Below, in pieces: positions 36,609 to 50,448 of a stretch of 64,000 nucleotides of DNA. Positions within the stretch are counted from its first letter, which is position 1. The number at the start of each line of letters is the position of its first letter. The stretch covers positions 196,752-260,751 of the forward strand of contig NW_003314283.1 in assembly GCF_000143415.4 (NCBI RefSeq). The letters are read 5' to 3'. A model generated the notes under the pieces. The model was not told the origin of the DNA, searched no databases, and saw only the letters and a program-made list of their open reading frames with translations. The translations under genes and the position numbers were made by a program. This DNA is from Selaginella moellendorffii (Eukaryota; Plantae; Lycopodiophyta).

Positions 36609-38205
36609 TGTGAGAAACAAAACTGAGTGGAGCCAGAAGGGTGCCACGTGGTAGTGGCTGAAGCAAAAGCCAAACAAGCGTAACACATTTGGACTAAAAG
36701 CTTTGACTTGAAAGGTCGAGAGCGGGAGTGGAACTCCCAACAAAGTGCTCAAGGAATGAGCACGAAGCGAGCAATAAACGAAGCTCTAAAAAGGGACCCA
36801 AAAAGGACCAACCCATGACACGTGGAAGTGTCCGAGATGGACCCGAGATGGAGTCCGAGATGGAGTCTGAGATGGACAGAGATGGAGTCCGAGATGGACA
36901 AAGATGGAGTCCGAGATGGATCCGAGATGGAGTCCGATATAGACCCGAGATGGAGTTCGAGATGGACCCAAGATGGAGTTTGAGATGGAGTCCGAGATGG
37001 AGTCTGAGATGGACCCGAGATGGAATCCAAGATGGAGTCCGAGGACCCGAGATGGAGTCCGAGGTCGAGACCGAGACCAAGACCGAGACCGAGACCAAGA
37101 TTGAGACAGAGACCGAGATCGGGATTGAGACCGAGACCAAGGCTGAGGCCGAGACCGAGCCCGAGTCTGAGTCTAAGTCCGAGTCCGAGTCCAAGTCCGA
37201 GTTTGAGTCTGGAAGGGTGAAAGCCCAAAGCGTTCGTCTCCCAGACCCTGGGGGGTTTGGTGAGCTCCAAAAGTATAGTAGGGGGAGGACTGCAATGGAG
37301 CCAGTTTGGCTAGGAAAGGCCAGTTTGGCCCAGAAAGGATGTACCCAGTGTTGGGTGATGAGCTGGCCACTGGGAAGTCCAAGACTAGAGTGAACACAGA
37401 CCGACAAGCGGGGTAGCTTGGTGAAGTGTTCAAGAGCTGGCTCTAGTTCCCCTGGGAGATCGACTGGCCGATGCTCCCAGTCCAAGTATGGGTGGCACTA
37501 CCTACTTGGATACTAGGTGTGGCTCAACGGAACCTCGCTCTAAACCCACGGCTAGAGCACCCAAAGAAAGAAGGTGGGGAGAGTACCCATGAGGCTCGCG
37601 TAAGGCCACGGTGTTCCGAAATGTTATCCCAAAGTCCCAGACGGTGAAAAGGAAGAGGAGCAATCCTCTAGTGCAATGACCAAGGATATAGTCACATGGT
37701 GAGGAGGTCCCAAAGGACAGTGGGACTTAGAGGTCGGGCCTGCAGGCCTTGATCCGATGGCAGTGTTAGCGAACATGGCCATAGACAGAAAGGGACTTGG
37801 TGGGGACCGGAAAAAAGAGGTTGGGGAAGGCTATTCCCCATTTGTGAGCATCCTAAGGATGCTAAGGAGTGGATCTAGGATGATCACTCATAGACGGAAG
37901 GCCTAGTCTTGGAGAGACGGGATTGCAATGCAGGTGGTGTTGGACCATTGATGTAACCAAGGTGAATGGGCATGGATTAGCGTAATGGGCTGGTATGTTG
38001 GTGGTACCTTAGGGTGTCAATCATGGGATTAGACACGTAGAGCACTCGGACCAAGCGCAAAGGTTGAGTGGCATGGATGCTATTCTTGGGGTTGGCAAGC
38101 CCCAAGTCTGGAGTTGGACTTATGGAGGTTGTGAATAAGACTCCTCCAAGTGGTTAGAGGTATGGTTAAGTGACTAAAGTAGAATGGAAAATTTAGTCTC
38201 TTACA
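36609..38205 (+). mobile_element. Solo LTR, family A
   Basis: TGTGAGA...CTTACA; TSD ATAGG; region D is continuous across it. Confidence 0.93.
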
Positions 38206-38583
38206 ATAGGTTCACCTCAACACAAATTCTCATGATCTAACAATATGCTTAAGCATCAAACATCTTTGCCCATATATCCAACATCTAACACCGATATCCG
38301 CAAAATGCAAAGTGAACATCTAAGGCTTAATCATGAAGACCATATCTTCGGACATCCACAATGCACTAACATTCTTCTTCAACAAACTTTAAGATCCAAT
38401 GTGAAGCCAAAACACTAACAAAAAAAATGACATGGAAAATCAAGTTCTAAGGAAAATTCCTCACTCGAACAATAATGCTACTTCCACTAACACAAGTGTT
38501 AGCGATATCAATATCTACACTACACACTTTCTCTATCCAATAACTTACTCCAAGTGTTAACAGATCAACTGATAAGCTATAGC

Positions 38584-38745
38584 TGTAGCGCACCTTATCT
38601 CTCTCCCCTTAAGCCAACTAGAAAAGGGGCAATTGCTTGATGAGAGAGCCCTTAGTGGCTATTTTATCCCCATTTATCCCCCAAGGTTCCAAGGATCCAC
38701 GGTGACAATATATCCAAATCTCATCCCATGATCACATGCGCTACA
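38584..38745 (-). mobile_element. Solo LTR, family C (162 bp)
   Basis: TGTAGCGCAC...TGCGCTACA; TSD ATAGC. Confidence 0.93.
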
Positions 38746-41700
38746 ATAGCAAATGAATGCTACAACCCCTTTCCAACACTTCACGGCAAACCCTCAAAAA
38801 AGCAATGTACCAACTTAAGTTTAGCATAATGGACCACCATTGAGAATCCAGTCAAAGCTACTTCTATGCTACTTCGTGTAAGTACACTAACTTCACTATC
38901 AACAACTTTGGGGTTGATCATTGTTTGTCCAAGCAACTTCGTAAAACACATTACTCATTATCACATGAATATGATATAAGAAATCATAATGACTTGATCA
39001 TCAATTGAGCAACACCATGAGCAACACCTATGTCATTACTTCAAAAGTTTATGTGATTATCAAGTGCCAACTCGATTCAACAAAATGCAACATAAATGCC
39101 ACACTCCATCAATAGAGATTTACAATACCCAACACCACTAACTTTTGTTCACAACACAGACAAGCTAAATGCCACACTCCACCAATAGAGATTTACAACA
39201 CTCAACACCACTAACTTTTGTTCACAACACAGACAAGCTAAATGCCACTCTCTATTTGACCAAACTCAACACTAATCCAACACCAAGCTACTCAAGGAGC
39301 AATAGCAAGGTTCTCGGAAAAGAATTGAGCATTGCAACCTAAGTCTTCCAATAGTAAGCCTAGACAAAATGGTTTAGCGTTTCACTGCTATCCACCCCAT
39401 AACTCACCATTTGTAAAACCATCATTTCCAACATGCATCAAGGTAGGGACTCTTGATTTCATGATGTGAACATGAGCAATAAGTTACACCTTGTTGCAAA
39501 TCGTCTCTTCAAGAAAAGAGAATGATTTACGTGTTTGATCCTTTGTCCCTGATAACTCTCTTTTCGGTCTCATCTTTCACTAAACCTCAAGCTTTCTTTT
39601 GCACTACTTTCAATCCAATTCAAGAAAAGTTTATGAGAGAGCACAACAATGACTACTTGAACCATTAGATTAATCCTTACAGTCTTGATTGATCCACTTA
39701 TAATCGTGCCTAGGAAGGATTCACTAGTGCCGTGCTAAAAAGCTACGAACCAACCTATTTGCCACTCATAGCAAACCTAGGGAAGGTTTACTTTCGCCTA
39801 CGGTACATGGAAAAACTAATGGAACCACCAATAGGCTAACATTAATCCTGCCTACTCAAAATGTAACCTTGAGTTGCTAATGTGCCTCACTCACGAGCCC
39901 AAGCTCAAACTCATGCAACCAGAACAATTTATTCCATCCTAAAAGCAAGCTCACATTATTATGGTACAAAAAGTTAACCCAAGTCCATACCCAAGGAACC
40001 AATGTGAAGCCTTTGCACCCAAACGTGTACGCACTCGGATCATCGTTTTCATCTCTGCATATGCAACAAGATTAGTTGCCCAATCTCATTGAATAGTACT
40101 CGCTGAGACTCATCCTCTGATACCAAATGTAGCGCACGTGGTTTTGACCCTTTATCCTATGGTGATTTACCATAGGATAACACCACAAAATGGAAACTAA
40201 ACCCTCTTTATGCCACGTGACACATGCCATGTTTCACATGCCACGTGTCCATATGACAGTGGTGTGGAACCTGAGGTTCAAAGCCTTCGGCCACTGAACA
40301 AAGGAACGGTGCTAAACTCCCAAGCATGGAGTCAAGGAGCATTGGCACTGGAGCACGGAACGACTCCTGAGCATATAGCCCAAGGAGCAAAGGGACAGAA
40401 GCTTGGAGCAACTTGGAACAGTCCTAGAGTAATCAACATCCCAATGCCAGAACTAGCATGCAACATAGAACCAACTAGCATGGAATGGAACTTGGGCTTA
40501 GACCCAAGCCGAACATAGAACAAGGATAAGCACGCAAACGGGAGTTAAACTATGCCTTAGGTTAGTCGGCCATGCCCAACCTACCCACTATCCCTACTAT
40601 ACATTTGGAACACCCCCCCCCCCCGCCCTTCCCCGCTTGAGGGACACACGCTTTGGGCTTTCACCCCAAACCTCCCTTAGTATCAGGAGTTAATCTCTGG
40701 GACAAGCTCGAAATTTACTAATTATGGAATGGCGCTAGACACGGGACAAACACCATTGTGTTCAGGACAATCTTTACATTCCGTAAATATGCCAAATGAG
40801 CAAATCTAAACACTTTCCATAAATAGCATTTGGGACCAAAATGAGACTAACACAAAAGGCATGATAGCAAGGGTGTTTGGCAGACACAGTAAGCTATCAT
40901 CTAGTGATATTGAGGGACTAAACTCAATATCATGGGGGTTCCCAACACTAGCAAGTGCAAGTCAACAACATGAGTTTCTCGTCACTGTGCCAAGTATGCT
41001 TGACTAAATGACAACATAGGATTTCCTTCTTTAGTGCCCTTCCGATTTAAGTGCACATGTGATGACCAGTTTCTCAACTAGCTTAGGCAGAGACTAATAA
41101 CGGGTCCAACAATATTGACTACCTGCCGTCATAGCAGTAAGGAAAGAATATCTGAAAGGACTAGCCGATAGGTAACTTTTGATACCCAAAGTCACATTGG
41201 CAACACTAAGAGAATCTGCTTTGAATAGAAATGTTGGAATACCATTCAATTGAGAAGGAAGTACCTAACAGTAGTTCCAAATGCACTAGCAAGAGCACTA
41301 ACTTCCTTTTCACAAATCAAGTAGTCAGAGGCAATAATGACATACTCATTATTACAAGTTAACCGTGGAAAAAGCCTTATTAGATCAAATGCCATCAACT
41401 CAAATTAACTCAAATTGCCCTTTTACAGCACGAGGGTGAGTATTATGAACACAATTACACACATATCGGATAATATCATATTTCATCTTCGGCCAATAAA
41501 AAGACCTATATAGCTTCTTTGTCACATGTTGATGTCTCATATGCCCGCCAAGATTAGAAGAGTTATGATCATGGAGAAACCTTGGAATAAATATTGAAAG
41601 TACCACCAGCTATAAATGATCATCAAGATCAATCCCAACAAAATAAAGAAAATTATCCTTCAGATGATCTTGAGAATGTAAAATGCAAAATGGCAAATCA

Positions 41701-41948
41701 TTACTAAGTGATGTAGGATTCTTAAACCATTCATGAAGCCTTTAGATCCATAATTCAACCTTTTAAGCCTCATAAACCTCATCAAGAGAAGGTAAATTTT
41801 GGTCTACACCTTGACAACACAGAATCTTCATCTAGAAAATCCATTGATGCTAGAACAATGCACTTGTCAGGAATAATAGAAGATAACGAAGAAGGGAGAG
41901 GAGCTTGAGAAAAGATGTTAGCATTAGCCATAAAACTCCTTGGGTGAT

Positions 41949-44915
41949 TGTAAGACACAAATCCCTAAGCCCCAAAGTGGAGCAAAAAGGGTGTCACATG
42001 GTAGTGGTTGAAGCAGAAGCCACTACCATTAGGACACATTAAGACATAACACATTAGGACTAAAAGCTTTGACTTGAAGAGTCAAGAGTGGGAGTGGAAC
42101 TCCCAATGGAGTGCTTAAGGAACGAGTGCGAAGTAAATAATAAGAGAGTCTCTAGAAAAGGGACCCGAGATGGAGTTCGAGATGAACCCGAGATGGAGTC
42201 CGAGATGGAGTCCGAGATGGACCCGAGATGGAGTCCGAGATGGAGTCCGAGATGGAGTCCAAGATGGAGTCCGAGATGGATTGAGATGGAGTCCAAGATG
42301 AAGTCCGAGATGGAGTCCAAGATGGAGTCCGAGATGGATTGAGATGGAGTCCAAGATGAAGTCTGAGATGGACTGAGATGGAGTCCGAGATGGAGTCCGA
42401 GATGGACCCGAGATGGAGTCCGAGATAGACTGAGATGGAGTCCAAGATGGACCTGAGATGGAGTCAAAGATGGACCCGAGATGGAGTCGGAGATGGATCA
42501 AGATGGACTGAGATGGAATCCGAGATGGACCCGAGATGGAGTCCGAAATGGACCCGAGATGGAGTCCAAGATAGACCCGAGATGGAGTCTGAGATGGAGT
42601 CCAAGATGGACCAAGATGGAGTCCAAAATGGAGTCTGAGAAGGACCCGAGATGGAGCCCGAAGTCAAGACCGAGACCAGAACTAAGACCAGAACTAAGAC
42701 CGAGACCAAGGCCGAGGCCAAGATCGAGACTAAGACCGAGGACTGAGACCGAGTCTGAGTCCGAGTCCAAGCCTGAGCCCGAGCCTAAGTCCGAGTCTGA
42801 GTCCAAGGTGAAAGCCCAAAGCATTCATCTCCCAAACCCTGGGAGGTTTGGTGAGCTCCAAAAGTATAGTAGGGGGAAGACTCCAGTGGAATTAATTTGG
42901 CCAGGAAAGGCTAGTGTGACCAAGGAAGGCTATACCCACGTGGTGGGTGATCATAAAACCACTGAGGAGTCCAAGGCTAGAGTGAATACAGACAAACAAG
43001 CAAGGTAGCTTGATGAAGTGTTCAAGAGCCGACTTTAACTCCCCTGGGAGATCGAATGGTTGATGCTCTCAATCCAAGTGTGGGTAGCACTACCTACTTG
43101 GAAACCTGGTGTGGCTCATTGGAACTGCGCTCTAGCCACATAGCTAGGGCACATAAAGGCAGAAGGTGGGGAGAGTACCCATGAGGCTCGCGTAAGGCCA
43201 CGGTGTTTTGAAATGTCATCCCAAAGCCCCAGACTATGGAAAAGAAGAGGAGCAGTCCTCTAATGTAATTATAAGGAACCAACTCCCCGAGGTGTCGTAG
43301 GCTAAAGGATCCCCAAAAGCATGACCAAAACGATAAAGAGTTTCCGAGTCTGAGATCAAGTCCAAGATTGACTCTGAGACCGAGTTCGAGATAGAGTTTG
43401 GGATTGAGTTCGAGGCCGACTCCGAGACCGAGATCGAGACCGAGTTCAAGATAGAGGAGGGTTGGGTCTGAGACCGAGTCCGAGGTCAAGTCTGAGGTTG
43501 AGTCCGAGATCAAGTCCGAGGTCGAGTCCGAGATCAGGTTCGAGACCGAGTCCGAGATCAAGTTCGAGGTTGGGTCCGAGATCGAGTCCGAGATCGAGTC
43601 TAAGACCGAGTCCAAGTACTAATACAAGTCGAGGGGTGAAAGCCCAAAGTGTGTGTCTCCCGGGGGGGGAGGGGGCTGTAGGGGGTTCCAAAAGTATAGT
43701 AGGGATAGTGAGGTCTAGGAACCAGTCTTGAAGGAACTCTCTAGTGGTGCTTCCAAACTAACTTGAGGTTTAGACTGAGGCCGAGGGGCCTTGGATGGGA
43801 GTGAGCATGGACTCGGATGTGGCCAGAGGGGCCACCCAAGGAAGTGCTCAAGAGCAACTCCCACTCCTGGAAAGGAAACCGACTGTGGTGCTCCTAGTTC
43901 ATGTGGAGTGGTGCCCCACTTGAGTACCTTGTGGCTCATTGGTCCTCACCCTTCCTAGGGGCTTGGGCCTTCCCTTTGGGATGGAAGTGAGGGGGTAGAA
44001 GTACCCATACCGGGCCGTTAGGCCACGATGTTTCCCCCGGCGTCCCGGAGCAAGTGTTGCACCTAAGGCTTGGGATTTAAAGGGTCCCATAATCAAGCCT
44101 TGTTGTACCAAGGGATGTTAGAAACTTGAAGGCTTGGTGTGTTTGGCTACTTGTGCTTGCAGGGAGTGTATCCAAACTTTAAGTCCAGTTTAACCCAGGG
44201 AGGGGGATTGGGAGAGATTTGGGAATCTGTGGATAGATGGCTAACGCTCCGTTGCTCGTGTAGTTGAAACTAAGTAGGACCAAGTAGGAGCTGGTATAAT
44301 AGGTGGGAACCTTGGCGAGGGAACTTAACAAAGGCCAAGGCGGTGGTGGTTGGATAGACGGGGTAAACTGGCAAATTGGAAATGAAAAACTTATAACTTA
44401 CAATAGTGACTAAAGATACGGTCACATGGTGAGGAAGTCCTAGAGAACAGTGGGACTTAGTGGTCGAGCCTTTGGGCCTTGCCCCAATGGCAGTGTTAGC
44501 AAGCATGGCCATGGATGAAGAGGGACTTGGTAGGGACGGAAGAAAAGACATTGGGGAAGGGTGTTCCCTATGCCTCTAGGCATTCTAAGGGTGCTAATGT
44601 ATGGTCAAGGGATGACCACTCATGGATGGATGGCCAGTCTTTGAAAGATAGGATTGTGATGCAAGTGGTGTTGGATCACCAATGTGACAAAGGTGAATGG
44701 GCATGGCTTTAGCATAACGAGCTGATATGTCAGTAGTACGTCTGGGTGTCAATCAGGGGATCGGATACGTAGAGCACTTAGACCAGGTGCAAAGTATGAA
44801 TGGCATGGATGTCATGCTTGAGGCTCGCAAGCCCTAAGTCCAGAATAGGACTTATGGAAGTTGTGAGTGAGACTCCTCCATGATTGAAATAGAATGAAAA
44901 ATTTAATCGCTTACA
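41949..44915 (+). mobile_element. Solo LTR, family A, with nested LTR E
   Basis: TGTAAGACAC...CGCTTACA; TSD GTGAT. Confidence 0.9.
43270..44402 (+). mobile_element. Probable solo LTR of a related family (E)
   Basis: Interrupts LTR A; ends TATAAGG...CTTACA; degenerate TSD GTAAT/ATAGT (A consensus GTAGT); has its own CCGAG satellite and the shared GGGTGAAAGCCC module. Confidence 0.7.
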
Positions 44916-45163
44916 GTGATGAACCTTGAAATTATATATCTAAAGCTTCAAAGCCTACTAAATAGTACAACCAACCAAATTTTTCTACTTCAATAATGAA
45001 GTAACTACAACATAATCACTTTTTAGTAATATCCGAGAACCATGCAAATATGTATAAAACTTCTTAAAACCCTAAACTACTATTAACACTTCTCTATTGT
45101 GGAGTAGTTCACCATCGCTAGTTGTAATATATGGCTGATGTACAATGGGATGACACTGATCAG

Positions 45164-47426
45164 TGTCACAAATATGACTGTGGGTATCAAAAGTTATCTA
45201 TTAGCTAGTACTTTTGAATATTCTTTCCTTACTACCACAACAGCAAAAGTGTAACGCACGTGGTTTTTACCTTTTATTTTATGGTGGTTTACCATAGGAT
45301 AACTACAAAGTGGAATCTAAACCCTCCATGTGCCACATGTCATATGCCATGTGTCCAAAGGACAATGGTGTGGAACCCAAGTTTCAGGGCCTTGGACCAC
45401 TGAATGAAGGAACGGTGCCAAACTCCCAAGCACAGAGCCAAAGAGTAATGGCATTAGAGCATGGAACGACTCCCAAGCATATAGCCCAAGAAGTGAAGGG
45501 ACAAAAGCATAAAGCAACTTGGAACAGTCCTAGAGCAACCAGCATCCCAATGCCAGGACTAACATGCAAAACAGAGCTAAACGAAGTCTAACGCTATTTT
45601 GGCATATCGGTGGCCTAACATAAGGACATGGGTACTCCACCAACTAGCATGGAATAGAACTTAGGCTTAGACCTAAGTTGGATGCAGAACAAAGACAAGC
45701 ATGCAATGGGAACTAAATTATTCCTTAGGTTAGTCAGCCATGCTTAACCTACCCACTATCCCTACTATACATTTAAAACCCCCCAATTCCCCCCCCCCCC
45801 CGCCCTCCCCCCTTGAGGAACACACGCTTTAGGCTTTCACCCCAAGCCTCCCTTAGTATTAGGAGTTAATCTCTGGGACAAGTTCGAAACCTACTAAATA
45901 TGGAATGTCCTTAGATTGCGAATTTGGACATGGGACAAACACCATTGTGTTCAAGACAATCTCTACATTCCATAGATATGCCAAATGAGCAAATCTAGAC
46001 ACTTTCCATAAATAACATTTGGGATTATAATAAGACTAACATAAACGGCATAATAGTGAGGGTGTTTGGCAGACATGGTAAGCTATAATCTAGTGATATT
46101 GAGGGATCAAGCTCAATATCATGGAGGTGCTTGATACTAGCAAGTGCAAGTCAATGACACAAGTTTCTCAAATCAAGCTGAGTATGTTTAGCAAGAAACA
46201 CATAGGGTTCCTACCTTATGTTTATCCAATTTAAGTACATAGTCATTGACTAGTTTCTCAACTAGCTCAAGTGGGAAATTGATAACGGGTCCAACAATAC
46301 TGACCTCCTACCGTCGTGGCAATAAAGAAAGAGTATCCGTAAGGAGTGGCCGATAGATAACTTTTGATACTTGAAGTCACATTTGCAACAAAAAGGTTGG
46401 TATTGCTAGTTTCTTTTTTAGTCTCCGCCTAAGCTAATTGAGAAATTGGTCATTATATATATACTTATGTTGGATAAACATAAGGTAGGAACTCCTATAT
46501 GTTTCTTGCTGAGCATACTCAACCTGATATGAGAAACTTATATATTGGTTTGCATATACTAGTGTTATGAACTTTTGCAATATTGAGCTTGGTCCCTCAA
46601 TATTCACCAAATGATACCTTACCATGTCTAACAAACACCCTTACTATCATGCACCTTGTGTTAGTCTCGTTTGGTCTCAATTACTATTTATAGAAAGTAT
46701 CTAGATTTATTAATTTGGCATATCTCTGGAATGTAGAGATTGTCTTGAATATGATGGTGTTGGTCCCGCATCTAAATTCAAAATTTAACGCTATTCCATA
46801 TTTAGTAAGTTTCAAGTTAGTCCTAGAGACTAACTTCTGAAGCTAAGGGTGAAAGCCTAAAGCATGCGTTTGCTACAGGGGGCTGGGGCTGTGGGGGGTT
46901 CCAAATGTATAGTAGATAGTGGGTAGGTTAGGCATAGCTGAGTAACCTGAGGCATTGTCTAGCTCTTGCTTGTGTGTTTGTCTTTGTTTTGTGTTCAGCT
47001 TTAGTATAAGCCTAAAGTCCACACCATGTAGCTAGTGAAATACCTATATCCTCATGTTAAACCACTAATATGCTGAAATAATACTTGGCTCTATTTTTAG
47101 TGCTAGTCCTAGCATTAGGATGTTTGATGCTCTAGAACTATTCCTATATCGCTTTGTAATCTTGTCTTTTCGCTCTTTGGGCGGAATACTTAAGAATCAT
47201 TCCGTGCTTTATTTCTTTCACTCGGCTTCAAGTTTAAGAGTTTAACTCCGTTCCTTCATTTAGTGGCCTAAGGCCCTAAAATTTGAGTTCCACTCCACTA
47301 TCTTTAGATATATGGCATGTGGCACGTGGCATATGACATATGGCATATGGAAGATTTAAGTTCCGTTTCGTGATTATCATATGACAAATCATCATAAAAT
47401 AAAGGGTGAAAACCACATGCATTACA
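45164..47426 (+). mobile_element. Older solo LTR, family B, with a nested B LTR
   Basis: TGTCACAAATATG...CATGCATTACA; TSD ATCAG. Confidence 0.88.
45250..46390 (-). mobile_element. Solo LTR, family B, inserted in opposite orientation into another B LTR
   Basis: TGTAACGCACG...TTTGCAACA; TSD AAAAG. Confidence 0.9.
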
Positions 47427-48714
47427 ATCAGGCACACTCATACTCTTTTGCATTAAAACACCCCCAAGACTAATATCCGAAGCATCCATATGCAAAATAA
47501 AAGATTTAGTGTATTCAAAATGCACCAAAACTAAAGGAGTTGTCAATAAGTCTTTAAGATTCATAAATATATATTTGCAATCCTCATACCAAAATGAAAG
47601 ATGATATTGATGACTTTAACAATGTTTGCAATAATGCAATATGATAAAAAAGATGATCAATAAAACAACTAAAATACTGCACCTTACCCAAAAGCATTAT
47701 AATTTATACACTTCGGAATAGAAAAATTTTGAACGACTACAAATTTGTCAAGATCAACTTACAAACCTTTATGAGAAATATGGTACCTAAGATAAGTCAT
47801 ATCCTTGGACCCAAATATACACTTCAACTGCTTCAACTTTAGACTAACTTTCCACAACCAATTTAACACCTTCCAAACATCATGGAAATGCTCCTTTTAC
47901 ATCTTTTTTAAGTGGATCAAGACATTATCAATAAAGTCAACAATCACCTTTGACATACTGCAAAGAATTTAGTCCATCATCCACTAAAAAGTCATTACAA
48001 CATTGTTCAAATTATTTAGCATTACTAAGAACTTATATAAACAAAATTATGTATGAAAAGCAGTCTTGGGAACATCATTTTCGACCATCAGCACTTGCCA
48101 GTACCCAGAAGTAAAATCTAACTTGATAAACCAATAATTTTTCTTTAAAAATACAAAAGATTATCATTGTGAGGAATAAAATACACATCTTGTAACACAC
48201 GTGATTTTGACCCTTTATCCTATGGTGATTTACCATAGGATAACACCACGAAGTGGAACCTAAACCCTCTTTATGCCACGTGACACATACCACATGTCAT
48301 ATACCACGTGTCCAAAGGACAGTGGTGTGGAACCCGAGGTTCAGGGCCTTGGGCCACTAAACATAGGAACGGTGCCAAACTCCCAAGCATGGAGCCAATG
48401 AGTGATAGTACCCGACCATGGAGCAACTCCTGAGCTTACAGCCCGAGGAGCGAAAGGATAGGAGCCTGGAGCGACTTGGAACAGTCCTGGAGCAACTAGC
48501 ATCCCAATGCCAAGACCAACACGCAAAACAAAGCCAAATGGAGTTTGGCATTATTTCGGCATACCGGTGGCCTAACGCAAGGACATGGGTACTCCACCAG
48601 CTAGCATGGAATGGAACTTAAGCTTAGACCCAAGCCGAACGCAGAACAAAGACAAGCACGCAAGCGGGAGTTAGACTATGCCTCAAGTTGACCGCTATGC
48701 CTAGACTATGCCGT

Positions 48715-50448
48715 GTCAAACGCTCATCTAGATCACATCCTCAACTCTCTAAGGAAACCCTCATACTATTCCCAAAATCCCAAAGTCGTTCCCTTACTAG
48801 CCCTTTTCCATCCACCACATCATGCACAAGTTCACGCATGAACTCGAGTGGAGAACCATGTCCTCTCGACATGCTATTCCTCGAGGATAGGTCCATATCT
48901 AGGACTTTCCAATTCCAATACAAGTGGTGATATACTTGGCCACCAATAAGAGTCGGACTAAGGAACAACTCTGATACCAAGTTGTAAGCGACTAATTTTT
49001 TCCATTCTACTTTAGTCACTTAACCACACCTCCGACCACTTGGAGGAGTCTCATTCACAACCTCCATAAATCCCACTCAGGACTTGGGGCTTGCTAGCCC
49101 CGAGAATGGCATCCATGCCACTCAACCTTTGCATTTGGTCCAAGTGCTCCACATGTCCAGTCCTATGACCAACACCCCAAGGCACCACCAACATATCAGC
49201 CCGTTACGCTAGGCCATGCCCAATCACCTTGGTCACATCGGTGGTCCAACACCACCTGCATTGCAATCCCGTCTCTCTAAAACTAAGCCATCCGTCCATG
49301 AGTGGTTATCCCAGATCCACTCCTTAGCATCCTTAGGATGCCTGCAGACATGGGGAATAGCCTTCCCCAATATCTCCTTTTTGGTCCAAACCAAGTCCCT
49401 TTCTATCCTTGGCCGTGTTCGCCAACACTGCCACTGGATCAAGGCCCGACCACTAAGTCCCACAGTCCTCTGGGACTTCCTCACCGCACAACTATATCCT
49501 TGGTCACTACACTAGAGGATTACTCCTCTTCTTTTCCACAGTCTGTGCCTTTGGGACAACATTTTGGAACACCTTGGCCTTATGCAAACCTTGTGGGTAC
49601 TCTCCTCGCTTTCCGCCTTTGGGTGCTCTAGCCATGGGCTTAGAGCGAGGTTCCGTTGAGCCACACCTGGTATCCAAGTAGGTAGTGCCACCCACACTTG
49701 GACTGGGAGCATCGGGCAATCGATCTCCCGAAGGAACTAAAGCCGGCTCTTGAACACTTCACCAAGCTACCTTGCTTGTCAGTCTGTGTTCACTCTAATC
49801 TTGGACTTCCCAATGGGCAGCTCATCACCCAACACTGGGTACAACCTTCTTGGGCCAAACTAGCCTTTCCTGGCCAAACTGGCTCCACTGCAGTCCTCCC
49901 CCTTACTATACTTTTGGAGCTCACCAAACCCCCCAGGGTCTAGGAGACGAACGCTTTGGGCTTTCACCCTCTTAAACTCGAACTCAGACTCGAACTCGGA
50001 CTCGGACTCGGACTCGGACTCGGACTCGGCCTCGGCCTCGGTCTCGATCTCGGTCCTGATCTCGGTCTCGACCTTGGACTCCATCTCGGGTCCTTCTCAG
50101 ACTCCATCTCGGATTCCATCTCGGGTCCATCTCAGACTCCATCTTGGACTCTGTCTCGGTCCATCTCGGACTCCATCTCAGACTCCATCTAGGTTCATCT
50201 CGGACTCCATCTCGGACACTTCCACGTGTCATATGTTGGTCCTTTTGGGTCCCTTTTTAGAGCCTCGTTTATTGCTTGCTTCGTGCTCATTCCTCGAGCA
50301 CTTTGTTGGGAGTTCCACTCCCACTTTCGACCTTTCAAGGCGGAGCTTTTGGTCCAAACGTGTTATGCTCATTTGGCTTTTGCTTCGGCCACTACCACGT
50401 GGCACCCTTCTGGCTCCACTTTGGAGCCTAGGGATTTTGTGTTTCACA
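48715..50448 (-). mobile_element. Truncated family A element (5' LTR 48983-50448, PBS and about 270 bp of interior)
   Basis: Matches 30146-32246; right flank CGTGG resumes LTR B; the left junction is a deletion with filler CTAGACTATGCC apparently copied from nearby. Confidence 0.85.

Larger units (their letters stand above)
24222..41205 (-). mobile_element. Non-autonomous LTR element, B LTRs plus internal region D, carrying four nested insertions
   Basis: LTRs at 24222-about 32966 (split by element A) and 40128-41205; tRNA-iMet PBS (TGGTATCAGAG on minus) at 40115-40125; no intact ORF; flanks AAAGG / CTAAG. Confidence 0.85.

Noticed and set aside
38630-38670. TTGATGAG in LTR C as a possible hammerhead ribozyme core (retrozyme)
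   Set aside because: Not CTGATGA, and no GAAA after a stem II.
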